From Polyangia bacterium (lineage in GTDB: Bacteria > Myxococcota_A > Polyangia > Fen-1088), in assembly GCA_036494575.1 (NCBI GenBank), contig DASXOE010000041.1, forward strand, positions 662 to 64,661: 64,000 bases of DNA, read 5' to 3'. Positions 8,619 to 17,408 of the stretch are shown one piece after another. Position 1 is the stretch's first letter, and the number at the start of each line of letters is the position of its first letter. The position numbers and the translations under genes are program-made. The notes beneath the pieces are model-generated. The model ran no database searches. It saw only the letters and a program-made list of their open reading frames with translations, and had not been told where the DNA came from.

Positions 8619-10564
8619 GGCTCTTCGACCTTCGGCTCCGGCTTTGGCTCCGGCTTTGACTTTGGCTCTGGATCTTTCGCCGGCAGCGCGGCGGGCGACA
8701 TCACGACGGCGGCGTCGGCCGGGAAGAAGAGCGCGCGCCCCGGCCGCGGCCCGCGCGCGCCCGCGCCGCCGTAACGCGGGTCGTCGCTCGACCAGGTCAG
8801 CTGCCAGTCGTGCCCCAGCGGCGGCGCCGCGAGCGGTTCCGAGGACGAGGCCGGCTCGAAATCGACGCCGAGGTTGACGAGCAGGAGGCGATCGTCGGCG
8901 CCACCCAGGTCGGCGCCGAAGTAGCGGACGACCAGGAGCGCGTCCGTGAGCGCAGCCGCGTCGACCGTGACGCCGTCCAGGCCCTCGCGCCCGATGGTTG
9001 GATCCTCGCGCCGGAGCTCGAGCAGATCGCGGTGCAGCCGCAAGGCGCGCGCGTGGAGGGGCGCCTCGCGCTCGTTCCAGTCGAGACGGCAGGACGCGAA
9101 GGTCTCGGGCGCGCCCGGATCGGGGAGGCGATCGCGCGCCTCGGGCGAGGCGTAGCGGGGAAACTGGCGCAGAAAGTCGGCCCGACCCGCCTTGACGACG
9201 CCCGCGAGGTCCTGGCCCTGATCGGCGAAATACGCGAAGCGCGCCGTGGCGTTCCATTCCTGGCCCTGGAAGAGCAGCGGCGTCGACGGCGCGAGAAGGG
9301 TGAGCGCCGTCAGCGCGCGCAGCCGCCCGGGCGCGACGCGGGTCCACAGCCGTTCGCCGAGTCCCTCGTTGGCGAGCTGATCGTGGTTTTCTAAGAAGAC
9401 CACGAAGGCGCGCCCGGCGAGCCCGCGCGTCGGGCGGCCGCGCGGCTTGTCTTGCCAGGCGTAGCGCTGTCCCTGGAAGAGGAACCCGTGGCGCACGCAG
9501 GCGGCGAGCTCACGTGCCTCGCCGGCGTAGTCCATGAAGTAGGCCTCGCTCTGGCCCGTCAGGGCGACGAGCGCCGCGTGGTGGAAGTCATCGTTCCACA
9601 GCGCGTCGACGCCGACCCCGCCCTCGGACGTCGGGCGCGCGAGTCGACTGTCCTGCGGCTCGTTCTCGGCGACGAGGTAAAGCGTCTTGTCGCCCGCGGC
9701 GACGCGCGCGGCGGCGGCCGCCTCTGTGAGGACGTGCGGCGTCGAGCTGTCGACGATGGTCTGGGTCGCGTCGAAGCGAAAGCCGTCGAGGTGGAGCTCG
9801 TCGATCCAGTAGGCGGCGTTCTCGACGACGAAGGCCCGCATGGGCCGCGCCTCGCCCTCGTCGAAGTTCAAGGCCGTGCCCCACTCGCTGGGCTTGCTGC
9901 CCACGGTGTCGAGCGAGAAGCGCGGCAAGACATTGCCGACGTCGCCGAGGTGGTTGTAGACGACGTCGAGAATCACGCCCATGCCGAGGCGATGGGCGTC
10001 GTCGACGAAGCGGCGCATGTCTTCGGGGCGGCCGTAGCCGTGAAACGGCGCGAACCAGAAGACGCCGTCGTAGCCCCAGCCGCGCTGCCCCGGGAACTCG
10101 CCCACGGGCATGACCTCGATGACGGTGACGCCGAGCCGCGCGAGGTCCGGCAGGTGCGCGCGCGCGGCGTCCCAGGTGCCCTCGGCCGTGAACGTCCCGA
10201 CGTGCAGCTCGTAGACGACCCGTCCCCTGGCGGGGATGCCCGGGAATGGCGCGTCTGTCCAGGCGAACGTCGGGTCGATGACCTCCGACGGTCCCAGGAC
10301 TCCCGCGGGCTGGAAGCGGGAGGCCGGGTCGGCGAGGGCCTCCTCGTCGGGCGCGAGGCGGTATCTGTAGAGGGCGCCCGCGCGGAGATCGGGCACGTCG
10401 ACGGCCCAAGCGCCCGGCTCGCGGTCGCGGGAAAGCGGGATGGCGCGCGCCGCGGGTCCTTCGCCGATGATGACCTCGACGCGCTCGCGTCCCGGCGCGA
10501 GGACCCTGAAGTGGACCCCGCGCTCGTCGGGCTCGGCGCCCCACATGCGACGTCGGGCTCTCAC
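8615..10564 (-). CDS. treZ: malto-oligosyltrehalose trehalohydrolase
   Basis: WGAEPDERGVHFRVLAP, VYELHVGTFTAEGTW, GWGYDGV, VILDVVYNHLG, GFRFDA and ENHDQ motifs. GTG 10564 overlaps the treY stop (GTGA); an alternative ATG lies at 10546. The C-terminal KDPEPKSKPEPKPEPKVEEP tail is low complexity. Confidence 0.93.
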   Translation of the reverse strand: MRARRRMWGAEPDERGVHFRVLAPGRERVEVIIGEGPAARAIPLSRDREPGAWAVDVPDLRAGALYRYRLAPDEEALADPASRFQPAGVLGPSEVIDPTFAWTDAPFPGIPARGRVVYELHVGTFTAEGTWDAARAHLPDLARLGVTVIEVMPVGEFPGQRGWGYDGVFWFAPFHGYGRPEDMRRFVDDAHRLGMGVILDVVYNHLGDVGNVLPRFSLDTVGSKPSEWGTALNFDEGEARPMRAFVVENAAYWIDELHLDGFRFDATQTIVDSSTPHVLTEAAAAARVAAGDKTLYLVAENEPQDSRLARPTSEGGVGVDALWNDDFHHAALVALTGQSEAYFMDYAGEARELAACVRHGFLFQGQRYAWQDKPRGRPTRGLAGRAFVVFLENHDQLANEGLGERLWTRVAPGRLRALTALTLLAPSTPLLFQGQEWNATARFAYFADQGQDLAGVVKAGRADFLRQFPRYASPEARDRLPDPGAPETFASCRLDWNEREAPLHARALRLHRDLLELRREDPTIGREGLDGVTVDAAALTDALLVVRYFGADLGGADDRLLLVNLGVDFEPASSSEPLAAPPLGHDWQLTWSSDDPRYGGAGARGPRPGRALFFPADAAVVMSPAALPAKDPEPKSKPEPKPEPKVEEP

Positions 10565-13425
10565 GACGCCGCCTCCTCGACGACGAGGGCGAGCGGCAAC
10601 GTCTCGAAGACCTCCGACAGCGCGAGCTCCCGGGTGCCTTCACGCACCGTCGGCGTCACGGCGCGGCCGGTCAGCGCCTCGCGGTAGCGCGTGCCTGGGG
10701 CGGGCGCCGGCAAGGCGACGGCCGTGTCTCGCCAAACCTCGCCAACCGGCACGGCGGCGCCTTCGGTGAGGCGGGCGAAGAGGCGGCCCGTCACGACGAA
10801 GACACGCCGGCCGGGCTCCCCGCGCGCGAACGCGACGACGTGGCGCTCGCGCGGACCGCGCACGGCGCATGCCTCGTAGGTCGGGCTCTCGAAGGCGTCC
10901 CGGCGCGACGCGCGCGTGACGAGCGCGCGGTGAAGGACGAAGGTCTTGATGGCGCCGTCCCGGGGACGCGCGAGGAGGTCGCGCGCCGTCCGCGCGGCAT
11001 CGACCTCGGCCTGGCGGCGCAGCTCGGCGAGGGTCGAGACGCGGCGCTCGAAGTCCACGGCTCGCCGGTTGTCGGGATCGGCGAACGAGAAGTCCCAGGA
11101 CTCGTCGCCCCAGTAGACGTCGGGCACGCCGGGAGCCGCGACCTTCAGCAACGTCTGAGCGAGAGAATTGAGGACACCGGCCGTCTCGATGCTCGACACG
11201 AAGTCGTCGAGGGACGCCAGGAACGGCGCGCTCACGCCGGCGTCCAGCACCGACCGGACGAAGGACGCGACGGCGTCTTCATAGGCGGCGTCGGGGTTGA
11301 TCCAGCTCGTGTGGAGCTTGGCCTCGGCGATGCTCTTGGCGATATGGGCCGAGAAACGCTCGCCGAAGTCGCGCTCGGCCGCGAGGCGCGGCCCCGGCCA
11401 CCCGCCCACGAGGGCCGCATAGATGAAGACCTCGGTGAGCGGGTCGGGAATTCCCAAGGCGGCGCGCACGGGCGCGTTGAGCGCGCGCCACGAGAGGACA
11501 GCCTCGCGCCACTTCTCGGGCGCCTCGGAGAGCACGTGGAGGCGGGCACGCGCGTCCTCGCCGCGCTTCGTGTCGTGCGTCCCCGTCGCCGAGAGGGCGT
11601 GCGGCCAGGCAGCCGCGCGGCGTCGCATGGTCGCGTGAAACTCCGCCACCGAGATCCCGAGTCGATCCGGATCGCCGCCGACCTCCGCCAGCGAGAGCAA
11701 CGGGAAGTACCGATAGAAGGCCGTGTCCTCGACGCCCTTGGCGGCGACCGGGCCCGTGAGCTGCTGCAGGCGCAGCACGAAGTCGCGGCGCCCCTCGACC
11801 TGCTCGGCCGTGAGGCCCTCGGGGTCCTTGAGGAGCAGCAAGTCCTCGATGAACTGGAAGAGCGAGCCGTTGACGACCGGGTTGCGGCGGGCCGCCGCCC
11901 GCACGGCGCGCAGGATGACGTCGCGATCGCGCGGCCTGACCTCGGTGGCGTCGCGCGCGATGTAGGTGCGGTAGACGGGGAAGCACGAGAGGACCTCGCG
12001 CAGCGCCTCGTGCAGGCTCGCGAAGGTGAAGTCGCGTGTGTAGCGGTGGTCCTCCGAGATGGCGTCGAGCCGGCGCGTCAGCACGTTGAGCTCGGCGGCG
12101 AGCGCCGTCTCGAGGATGAGGCGCCGGCTCTGGTAGGCGACCTCCATCCAGGAACGCGTCTCGTGAGTGACCGCCGTCCAGGCGGCGCGCACGGCTGCGG
12201 CGTTGTCGGCGTCGACGAGCACGCCCGCGGTCGCCGCGAGGTGGTCGTAGCCCGTCGTGCCGTCGACCGGCCAGTCGTCGGGCAACGTCTCGTCGTCGGC
12301 GAGAATCTTCTCGACGAGGATCGTGGCCGCGGGGGTCGGACCGCGGTCCGCGAGCGCCCGCAGACGCGCGAGGTAGCGCGCGGGCTCGAGTAGGCCGTCG
12401 ACGTGATCGACGCGGAAGCCGCTCACGAGGCCACGCTCGACCCAGCGCGCCGGGAGCTCGTGGACCGTGCGGAAGACGTCCTCGCGCTCGACCCGTATGG
12501 CCGCGAGGTCGTTGATGTCGAAGAAGCGCCGGTAGTTGATCTCGTCGGCGGCCACGCGCCAGTGCGCGAGGCGATAGGGCTGCGCCTCGACGAGCGTCTC
12601 GAGCACGTCGAAGCTGCGTGGCACGCCCTTCGTGCCGTTGACCTCTCGGAGCACCTCCGCGAGATCGTCGGCCACGGCGCCGTCGGCGCTCGCGAGCGCT
12701 GCGAGGCGCCGCACGATGGCGTCGCGTTCGTGCCGGCGCGCGCGGGCCGCCACCCGCTCCATCGGCCAGTGCCCGAGCGCGCGCAGGATGCTCTCGACCT
12801 CGACGGCGGCCTCGGCCTCGCCGCCGGCGCGCGTCGAGACCCGGCGCCACAGCGGTTCGAGGATGAGCCGCCAGGACGGCGGCGCGAGCGGCAGCACGTG
12901 ATCGCCGTGCCGGAGACGGAACGCGCCGTCGTGGAGCTCCACGGCGAGCGCGCCGGACTCGAGCTCGCGGCCGAACTGATCGCCGAGGATAGGCAGCAGC
13001 ACCTTACCCGCGAGCGCGGGCTTGGGAGGCCCCCAGTCGATGTCGAAGAAGTCGACCCACACGGAGCCCTGGCCATTCTCGAGCACGTCGCGCCAGCGCT
13101 GGTTCTCCTCGTCGGCGATGCACATGTGATTGGGCACGAGATCGACGATGAGCCCCATGCCGCGCTCCGCGAGGGCGTGGCCGAGCGCGACGAGGTCGTC
13201 CTCAGTGCCGAGCGCGCGGTCGATGGCGCCGTGCGCGACGACATCGTAGCCGTGCGCGCTACCGGCGCGCGACGCGAGGAGCGGCGAGGCGTAGACGTGG
13301 CTGACGCCGAGCAGGTCGAGGTACGGGACGAGCGCGTGCGCGTCGGCGAGCGTGAACCGCGGCGAGAGCTGCAGGCGGTAGGTCGCGAGCGGCGCGCCGC
13401 CGTCGCCCGTCGGGGCCCGACTCAC
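10561..13425 (-). CDS. treY: malto-oligosyltrehalose synthase
   Basis: ORF 10561..13545. ATYRLQLSPRFTLADAHALVPYLDLLGVSHVYASPLLASRAGSAHGYDV and LIVDLVPNHM are the TreY N-terminal signature. The start is placed at GTG 13425 because the upstream gene only stops at 13433. Confidence 0.92.
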   Translation of the reverse strand: MSRAPTGDGGAPLATYRLQLSPRFTLADAHALVPYLDLLGVSHVYASPLLASRAGSAHGYDVVAHGAIDRALGTEDDLVALGHALAERGMGLIVDLVPNHMCIADEENQRWRDVLENGQGSVWVDFFDIDWGPPKPALAGKVLLPILGDQFGRELESGALAVELHDGAFRLRHGDHVLPLAPPSWRLILEPLWRRVSTRAGGEAEAAVEVESILRALGHWPMERVAARARRHERDAIVRRLAALASADGAVADDLAEVLREVNGTKGVPRSFDVLETLVEAQPYRLAHWRVAADEINYRRFFDINDLAAIRVEREDVFRTVHELPARWVERGLVSGFRVDHVDGLLEPARYLARLRALADRGPTPAATILVEKILADDETLPDDWPVDGTTGYDHLAATAGVLVDADNAAAVRAAWTAVTHETRSWMEVAYQSRRLILETALAAELNVLTRRLDAISEDHRYTRDFTFASLHEALREVLSCFPVYRTYIARDATEVRPRDRDVILRAVRAAARRNPVVNGSLFQFIEDLLLLKDPEGLTAEQVEGRRDFVLRLQQLTGPVAAKGVEDTAFYRYFPLLSLAEVGGDPDRLGISVAEFHATMRRRAAAWPHALSATGTHDTKRGEDARARLHVLSEAPEKWREAVLSWRALNAPVRAALGIPDPLTEVFIYAALVGGWPGPRLAAERDFGERFSAHIAKSIAEAKLHTSWINPDAAYEDAVASFVRSVLDAGVSAPFLASLDDFVSSIETAGVLNSLAQTLLKVAAPGVPDVYWGDESWDFSFADPDNRRAVDFERRVSTLAELRRQAEVDAARTARDLLARPRDGAIKTFVLHRALVTRASRRDAFESPTYEACAVRGPRERHVVAFARGEPGRRVFVVTGRLFARLTEGAAVPVGEVWRDTAVALPAPAPGTRYREALTGRAVTPTVREGTRELALSEVFETLPLALVVEEAAS

Positions 13426-13432
13426 GGCGACC

Positions 13433-14029
13433 TCAGAGCGCGGCGCGGGGTTCCCGCGCCTCCGCGTTCGGGGCCAGCACGAGTGTGACCCACCCGGCGC
13501 GCGCCCAGTCGGCCTCGAGCGCGTCGCGTCCGAGCGCGAGCACACCCAGGGCTGGGTCGGCTACGAGCCAACGTCTCACCTTCGCGTCGTGTCCGACGAC
13601 GACGGCGAAGTGCGCCGTACGCAGCTCGCGCTCGAGCCGCACGAGACCGACGATCACGGGATGTCCCGCGTCGACCTCCGCCGACAGATCGTCGAAGGAG
13701 CCCTCGAGCACGAAGGCCTGGAAGCCGGCGCGCCGCGCCTCGTCGCGCAGCGCGCCCGCGGACACGCCACCGGCCGGCGCGGGCTCGCCGCGCCGAGGTT
13801 GCCACGCGTCGGGCGACGGCGCCGCGTCCCAGCGGCCGAGCGCCATCGCGAGCGCCGCTGGTCCGCAGTCGGTGTCACCCTCCTGGGCGACCATCTTCAC
13901 GTGTGGAATGACGACCCAGTCGCGCGCGTCCGGCGGGGCGACGGGCGCGCCCGTGCGGGCGTGGGCGCATCCCGTCACCAGGAGCGCCTCCACGATGCCG
14001 AGCGCGCGGCGCCGCGCGCCGCCGCTCAT
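13433..14029 (-). CDS. C39-like (papain-fold) cysteine peptidase lipoprotein, copy 1
   Basis: 198 aa. Lipobox LLVTGC; Cys motif QEGDTDCGPAALAMAL; His motif TAHFAVVVGHD. It is a paralogue of 61125..61697. The ATG overlaps the upstream stop by 1 nt. Confidence 0.8.
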   Translation of the reverse strand: MSGGARRRALGIVEALLVTGCAHARTGAPVAPPDARDWVVIPHVKMVAQEGDTDCGPAALAMALGRWDAAPSPDAWQPRRGEPAPAGGVSAGALRDEARRAGFQAFVLEGSFDDLSAEVDAGHPVIVGLVRLERELRTAHFAVVVGHDAKVRRWLVADPALGVLALGRDALEADWARAGWVTLVLAPNAEAREPRAAL

Positions 14030-14328
14030 CAGAGCAGCACCACGATGAGAACGATGATGAGCACGACCGCGAGCGTCGAGCCGCCGATGTAGACACCCAC
14101 GCCGTTACCCTTGAAGTCGGCCGCGCGGGGGCTCGCGGCCTCGCGCTGGGCGTAGTGACGCTGGCGCTGCTGAGCGTCGCTCGACGGACGCGCCGCGGGG
14201 CTCGCCTCGGCCGCCGCGGTCGGCGAGGGCGTCGGAGCCGGCGCCCCATGCGCGAGGGTGGGCGCTCCGACGAGAGCCAGTCCGAGGCCGAGGGCCGCGA
14301 GCCAACGCGCGAGGGTTTGCTTCGTCAT
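14029..14328 (-). CDS. small exported protein with Sec signal peptide and uncharged C-terminal hydrophobic anchor, copy 1
   Basis: 99 aa. MTKQTLARWLAALGLGLALVGAPTLAHG|APAP... and ends FKGNGVGVYIGGSTLAVVLIIVLIVVLL. A ggagga SD lies upstream. It is a paralogue of 61694..62017. Confidence 0.75.
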   Translation of the reverse strand: MTKQTLARWLAALGLGLALVGAPTLAHGAPAPTPSPTAAAEASPAARPSSDAQQRQRHYAQREAASPRAADFKGNGVGVYIGGSTLAVVLIIVLIVVLL

Positions 14329-14356
14329 GGTCGTCTTCCTCCGGTGGGGTTGCGGG

Positions 14357-14893
14357 TCAGGCCATGGCCAATGCCACGGTCTCCTCGAGGACGAGGCGGC
14401 GCGGCTCAGTGTCGGTGCGGAGCTGAAACTCGAGCACGCGCATCTCGTACGCGAGGCGGCGCAGGCGGGAGAGCGACAGACGCCGCTGGATGCGGGGGAA
14501 CAGACGCTCCTCCGCGGAGAGGTGTGCGCTCACGCTCTCGTGCAGGCGGCGCACGGTGGCCTCGAAGGCGAGGTTCTCGACGCCGGTCTCGAGCAGATCC
14601 GATAGAAGACGCTTTTGCTCGAAGTGATCCTCGACGGCGAGGACGACGAACGTGCGATCCGCCGACTCGGCCACGTTGGGCGTGAGGCCCGGATAAAACA
14701 CGCGCTCCTCGATAGCCATGTGGACGGCGAGCAGGTCGCCGAGCTCGGCGATGAGACGACTTCTGTCGCGGGCCAGCGTGGCGCGCTCGAGCGCGCCGAG
14801 GAGCTGATCGATCTCGCGGTGTTGCCCGCGCAGGAGGTCGAGGGCGTTTCCGCCGTCGTAGTAAGAGCTCAACGTTGTTTTTGCTGTTTGCAT
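14357..14893 (-). CDS. hemerythrin-domain protein
   Basis: 178 aa with H..E/H motifs (LLAVHMAIEERVFYP, VEDHFEQKRLL, SAHLSAEERLFP). Confidence 0.8.
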   Translation of the reverse strand: MQTAKTTLSSYYDGGNALDLLRGQHREIDQLLGALERATLARDRSRLIAELGDLLAVHMAIEERVFYPGLTPNVAESADRTFVVLAVEDHFEQKRLLSDLLETGVENLAFEATVRRLHESVSAHLSAEERLFPRIQRRLSLSRLRRLAYEMRVLEFQLRTDTEPRRLVLEETVALAMA

Positions 14894-14992
14894 GACGACG
14901 GTCGCGAGACTTTCGAGAATCGTGCCAAGCAGTGACGCTGTGGAGACCGGGGCTCTCGGGGCGTGCTCGCGCCGAGCCCAGCGCTGGATTGC

Positions 14993-15004
14993 TACCGATC
15001 GGTA
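14993..15004. promoter_or_regulatory. perfect 12-bp palindrome TACCGATCGGTA upstream of the hemerythrin-led operon (operator candidate)
   Basis: Read directly from the sequence. It lies in the 155-bp gap between the YihY stop (15049) and the hemerythrin start (14893). Confidence 0.3.
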
Positions 15005-15048
15005 ACCGAGTTACGTGGCCGTGCCCTGGCGGTCCCGCCGGTCACGGC

Positions 15049-16113
15049 TCAGCGCGACGCTTCGGGGGCGCCACCTCCCGATGCGCGCTCGGCGGCGTTG
15101 GCCGAGCCCGCCGCGCCCACGGGAACGGCGCTCGGTCGCTCGCTCTTGGGCGGAGGTCTCTGCCCCGGCGCGCGCGCGCCCGCGCTCTTTCCCAGTGGCG
15201 ACTCGTGCTCGAGGGTCGCGTTGATCTCGCCCCCCATGAGGTAGATGAGCCCCAGGATGTAGAACCAGGTCATGAGCACGACCACGCCGCCGATCGAGCC
15301 ATACGCGAGGTCGTAGCTGGCGAAGTGCGCGGCGTATTGGCCGAAGCCCCAGCTGGCGCCGAGGGCCGCCAGCGTCGCGATCACGGAGCCGGGCGTGATG
15401 AACTTGAACTCCTGCTCGACGTCGGGAAGCAGGTAGTAGCCGAGGGCGGCCATGAACATCGTCAGCAAAATCGTCACCGGCCAGCGCGCCCAGCGCCAGG
15501 CGTCGACGTAGAGCCCGCCAATACCGAGGTGGCGGGACAGCCAGAATCCGAGGTCGCCGCCGATCACCGCGACGCCGACGCTGACGAGCACGAGCAGCGC
15601 CCCGCCGACGGTGACGCCGAAGGCGAGTCCTTGGGTCTTCCATAGCGGCCGCGACTCCTTGACGTCGTAGGAGAGGTTGAGCGCGGCCCGCAAGGCGTCG
15701 ACGCCCCGGGACGCCGAGTACAGCGTCGCAACGAGGCCGAGCGTCAAGAGCTTCGGATGTCCGCCCACGCCTTGGAGGTGGCTGTCGACGAGCTTCATGG
15801 CCTCACCGGGCAGGACGTCCCTGGCTGCCTCGAGGATCCTCTGCATCGACGGGTCGAAGACCGGCAGGTAAGCCGCCAACGCCACGAGCACGAAGAGAAA
15901 CGGAAACAGCGAGAAGAAAAAATAGAAGCTGAGCGTCGCGGCACTGCTCGAGACCGCGTGGTCGAAATATTTCTCATAGAGGAGCCTCCCGAGCCGCGAA
16001 ACGGAGAGCCGACCTCCGCCGGGGAGAGGGAGGCCCCACCGGGCGTGGGAGCGGACGGGGTTACCGGTGGCGGTCACGGGCCGAAGCATGGGAACGCCCG
16101 AGCGCGCCGCCAA
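15049..16113 (-). CDS. YihY/BrkB (ribonuclease BN-like) family membrane protein
   Basis: AATLSFYFFFSLFPFLFVLVAL, YSASRGVDALRAALNLSY, GSIGGVVVLMTWFYILGLIYLMGGEINA. The start is uncertain (alternative ATG at 16089). Confidence 0.85.
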   Translation of the reverse strand: MAARSGVPMLRPVTATGNPVRSHARWGLPLPGGGRLSVSRLGRLLYEKYFDHAVSSSAATLSFYFFFSLFPFLFVLVALAAYLPVFDPSMQRILEAARDVLPGEAMKLVDSHLQGVGGHPKLLTLGLVATLYSASRGVDALRAALNLSYDVKESRPLWKTQGLAFGVTVGGALLVLVSVGVAVIGGDLGFWLSRHLGIGGLYVDAWRWARWPVTILLTMFMAALGYYLLPDVEQEFKFITPGSVIATLAALGASWGFGQYAAHFASYDLAYGSIGGVVVLMTWFYILGLIYLMGGEINATLEHESPLGKSAGARAPGQRPPPKSERPSAVPVGAAGSANAAERASGGGAPEASR

Positions 16114-16172
16114 GTGAGGGACTTGTACATCTGGTGGTCATGCTTATCTTTTTCGTCGAAGGGAGGGGCACG

Positions 16173-16589
16173 ATGAAAGAAATATTTCTCGCTGGTCGCG
16201 TCCTGCTCGGAGGGTTCTTCCTGCTGAGCGGCGCGCACCACTTCACGAGCGCAACGGCGATGGCCGAGCAGGTCGCGCGCCACGGCATCCCCTTGCCAAT
16301 GGCGGCCGTCCTCGTGGCCGGCCTGCTTCTCATCGTGGGCGGCGTGACGCTCCTCCTCGGGGTCGCGCCGCGCATCGGCGTGGCTGCGCTCGCGTTGTTC
16401 CTCGTGCCGGTGACGTTGACGATGCACGCGTTCTGGCACGAAGAAGGCATGCGGCGCGCCATCGATCTCGTCAACTTCATGAAGAACTTCGGATTGCTCG
16501 GCGCCGTCATGATGTTGGTCGCGGTCCCAGAGCCGTGGCCTTACAGCGTCCACGTGCGTGGGCACCTGCGTCGCCACGCGAGCGTGTAG
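16173..16589 (+). CDS. DoxX-family membrane protein
   Basis: ORF 16134..16589 trimmed to MKEIFLAGRVLLGGFFLLSGAHHF (gggagggg SD). Also LTMHAFW and NFMKNFGLLGAVMML. Confidence 0.8.
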   Translation: MKEIFLAGRVLLGGFFLLSGAHHFTSATAMAEQVARHGIPLPMAAVLVAGLLLIVGGVTLLLGVAPRIGVAALALFLVPVTLTMHAFWHEEGMRRAIDLVNFMKNFGLLGAVMMLVAVPEPWPYSVHVRGHLRRHASV

Positions 16590-16598
16590 GAGGATCCC

Positions 16599-17159
16599 AT
16601 GAACCGCATCCACGCCATCGCCTTCGCAGCCGTCAGCGCCTTAGCGCTTCTCATCGGGCCGGGGGCGCACGCGGCGGCGCCGCCGCTGGCGCCGCCTCCA
16701 GTGGCGCCGCCCATGGTCACGGGCGGCGACAAGCTCACCCTTCAACAACTCCATCAGGCAAATCAGACCGCCATCGATATGGCCCGCCTGGCGTCGACCA
16801 AGGGCTCGACCCGCTCGGTGCGGGACTACGCCCGCACGCTCATCGACGAGCACACGCTGGCCGATCGAAAGCTCGACGAGTACCTGCGCAGGCGTGGCTC
16901 CGACCTCGCGGCGCTTGGCTCGACAACGAGCGCGGACGCGGACCACGAGCTGCTCGCGACGAAGTCGGGGCTGGATTTCGACCGCGCCTTCGCCGATCAA
17001 ATGGTGCGTGATCACCAGACAGTCCTCGATCGGCTGTCGAGCGCGGTGCTCGAGACGTCGGACGACGTCCTCCGTCTCCTCTACGAGCAATTGACGACGA
17101 CGGAGCGCGCCCACAAGCGCGTCGCAGAAAGTCTCCTGGCCGCCACGGCCCGCAGCTGA
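16599..17159 (+). CDS. DUF4142-domain secreted protein
   Basis: Signal peptide, then LHQANQTAIDMARLA...YARTLIDEHT...FDRAFADQMVRDHQTVLD. An aggagg SD is present. Confidence 0.8.
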   Translation: MNRIHAIAFAAVSALALLIGPGAHAAAPPLAPPPVAPPMVTGGDKLTLQQLHQANQTAIDMARLASTKGSTRSVRDYARTLIDEHTLADRKLDEYLRRRGSDLAALGSTTSADADHELLATKSGLDFDRAFADQMVRDHQTVLDRLSSAVLETSDDVLRLLYEQLTTTERAHKRVAESLLAATARS

Positions 17160-17200
17160 GGGTGGGCCAGCGCTCGCTCGGTTTCAGGTGCCTTGCTCGG

Positions 17201-17240
17201 AAAAAACGGCGCGCCGCGACCCGAGAGCGACGACGCGCCC
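17201..17240 (-). terminator. candidate intrinsic terminator of the small membrane-protein gene
   Basis: On the minus strand GGCGCG...CGCGCC is followed by GTTTTTT (plus-strand A6 at 17201-17206). The stem is only 6 bp with a ~20-nt loop. Confidence 0.35.
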
Positions 17241-17246
17241 ATATGG

Positions 17247-17408
17247 TCACGGAGCGCTTCTCGTTCCAGTCCCCCCGCGCACGACGTGAAGGACAAGGCT
17301 GATCACCGCGAGGATGATGAGCACGTGAATCGCGGCCGACGCCACGTGGAAGACCGTGAAGCCGAGCAACCACGCGATCCCTAGGATGATGGCGAGCAGA
17401 ATGAACAT
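17247..17408 (-). CDS. lmo0937-family small membrane protein (53 aa)
   Basis: Too short for the ORF track. My translation is MFILLAIILGIAWLLGFTVFHVASAAIHVLIILAVISLVLHVVRGGTGTRSAP. A caggagg SD sits 6 nt upstream of ATG 17408, and the stop is at 17247-17249. Confidence 0.75.
   Translation of the reverse strand: MFILLAIILGIAWLLGFTVFHVASAAIHVLIILAVISLVLHVVRGGTGTRSAP

Noticed and set aside
17193-17384. 63-aa plus-strand ORF
   Set aside because: It is antisense to the lmo0937-type mini-membrane gene, which has a strong SD and family-typical sequence. The plus-strand product is a charged low-complexity peptide starting at TTG with no SD.
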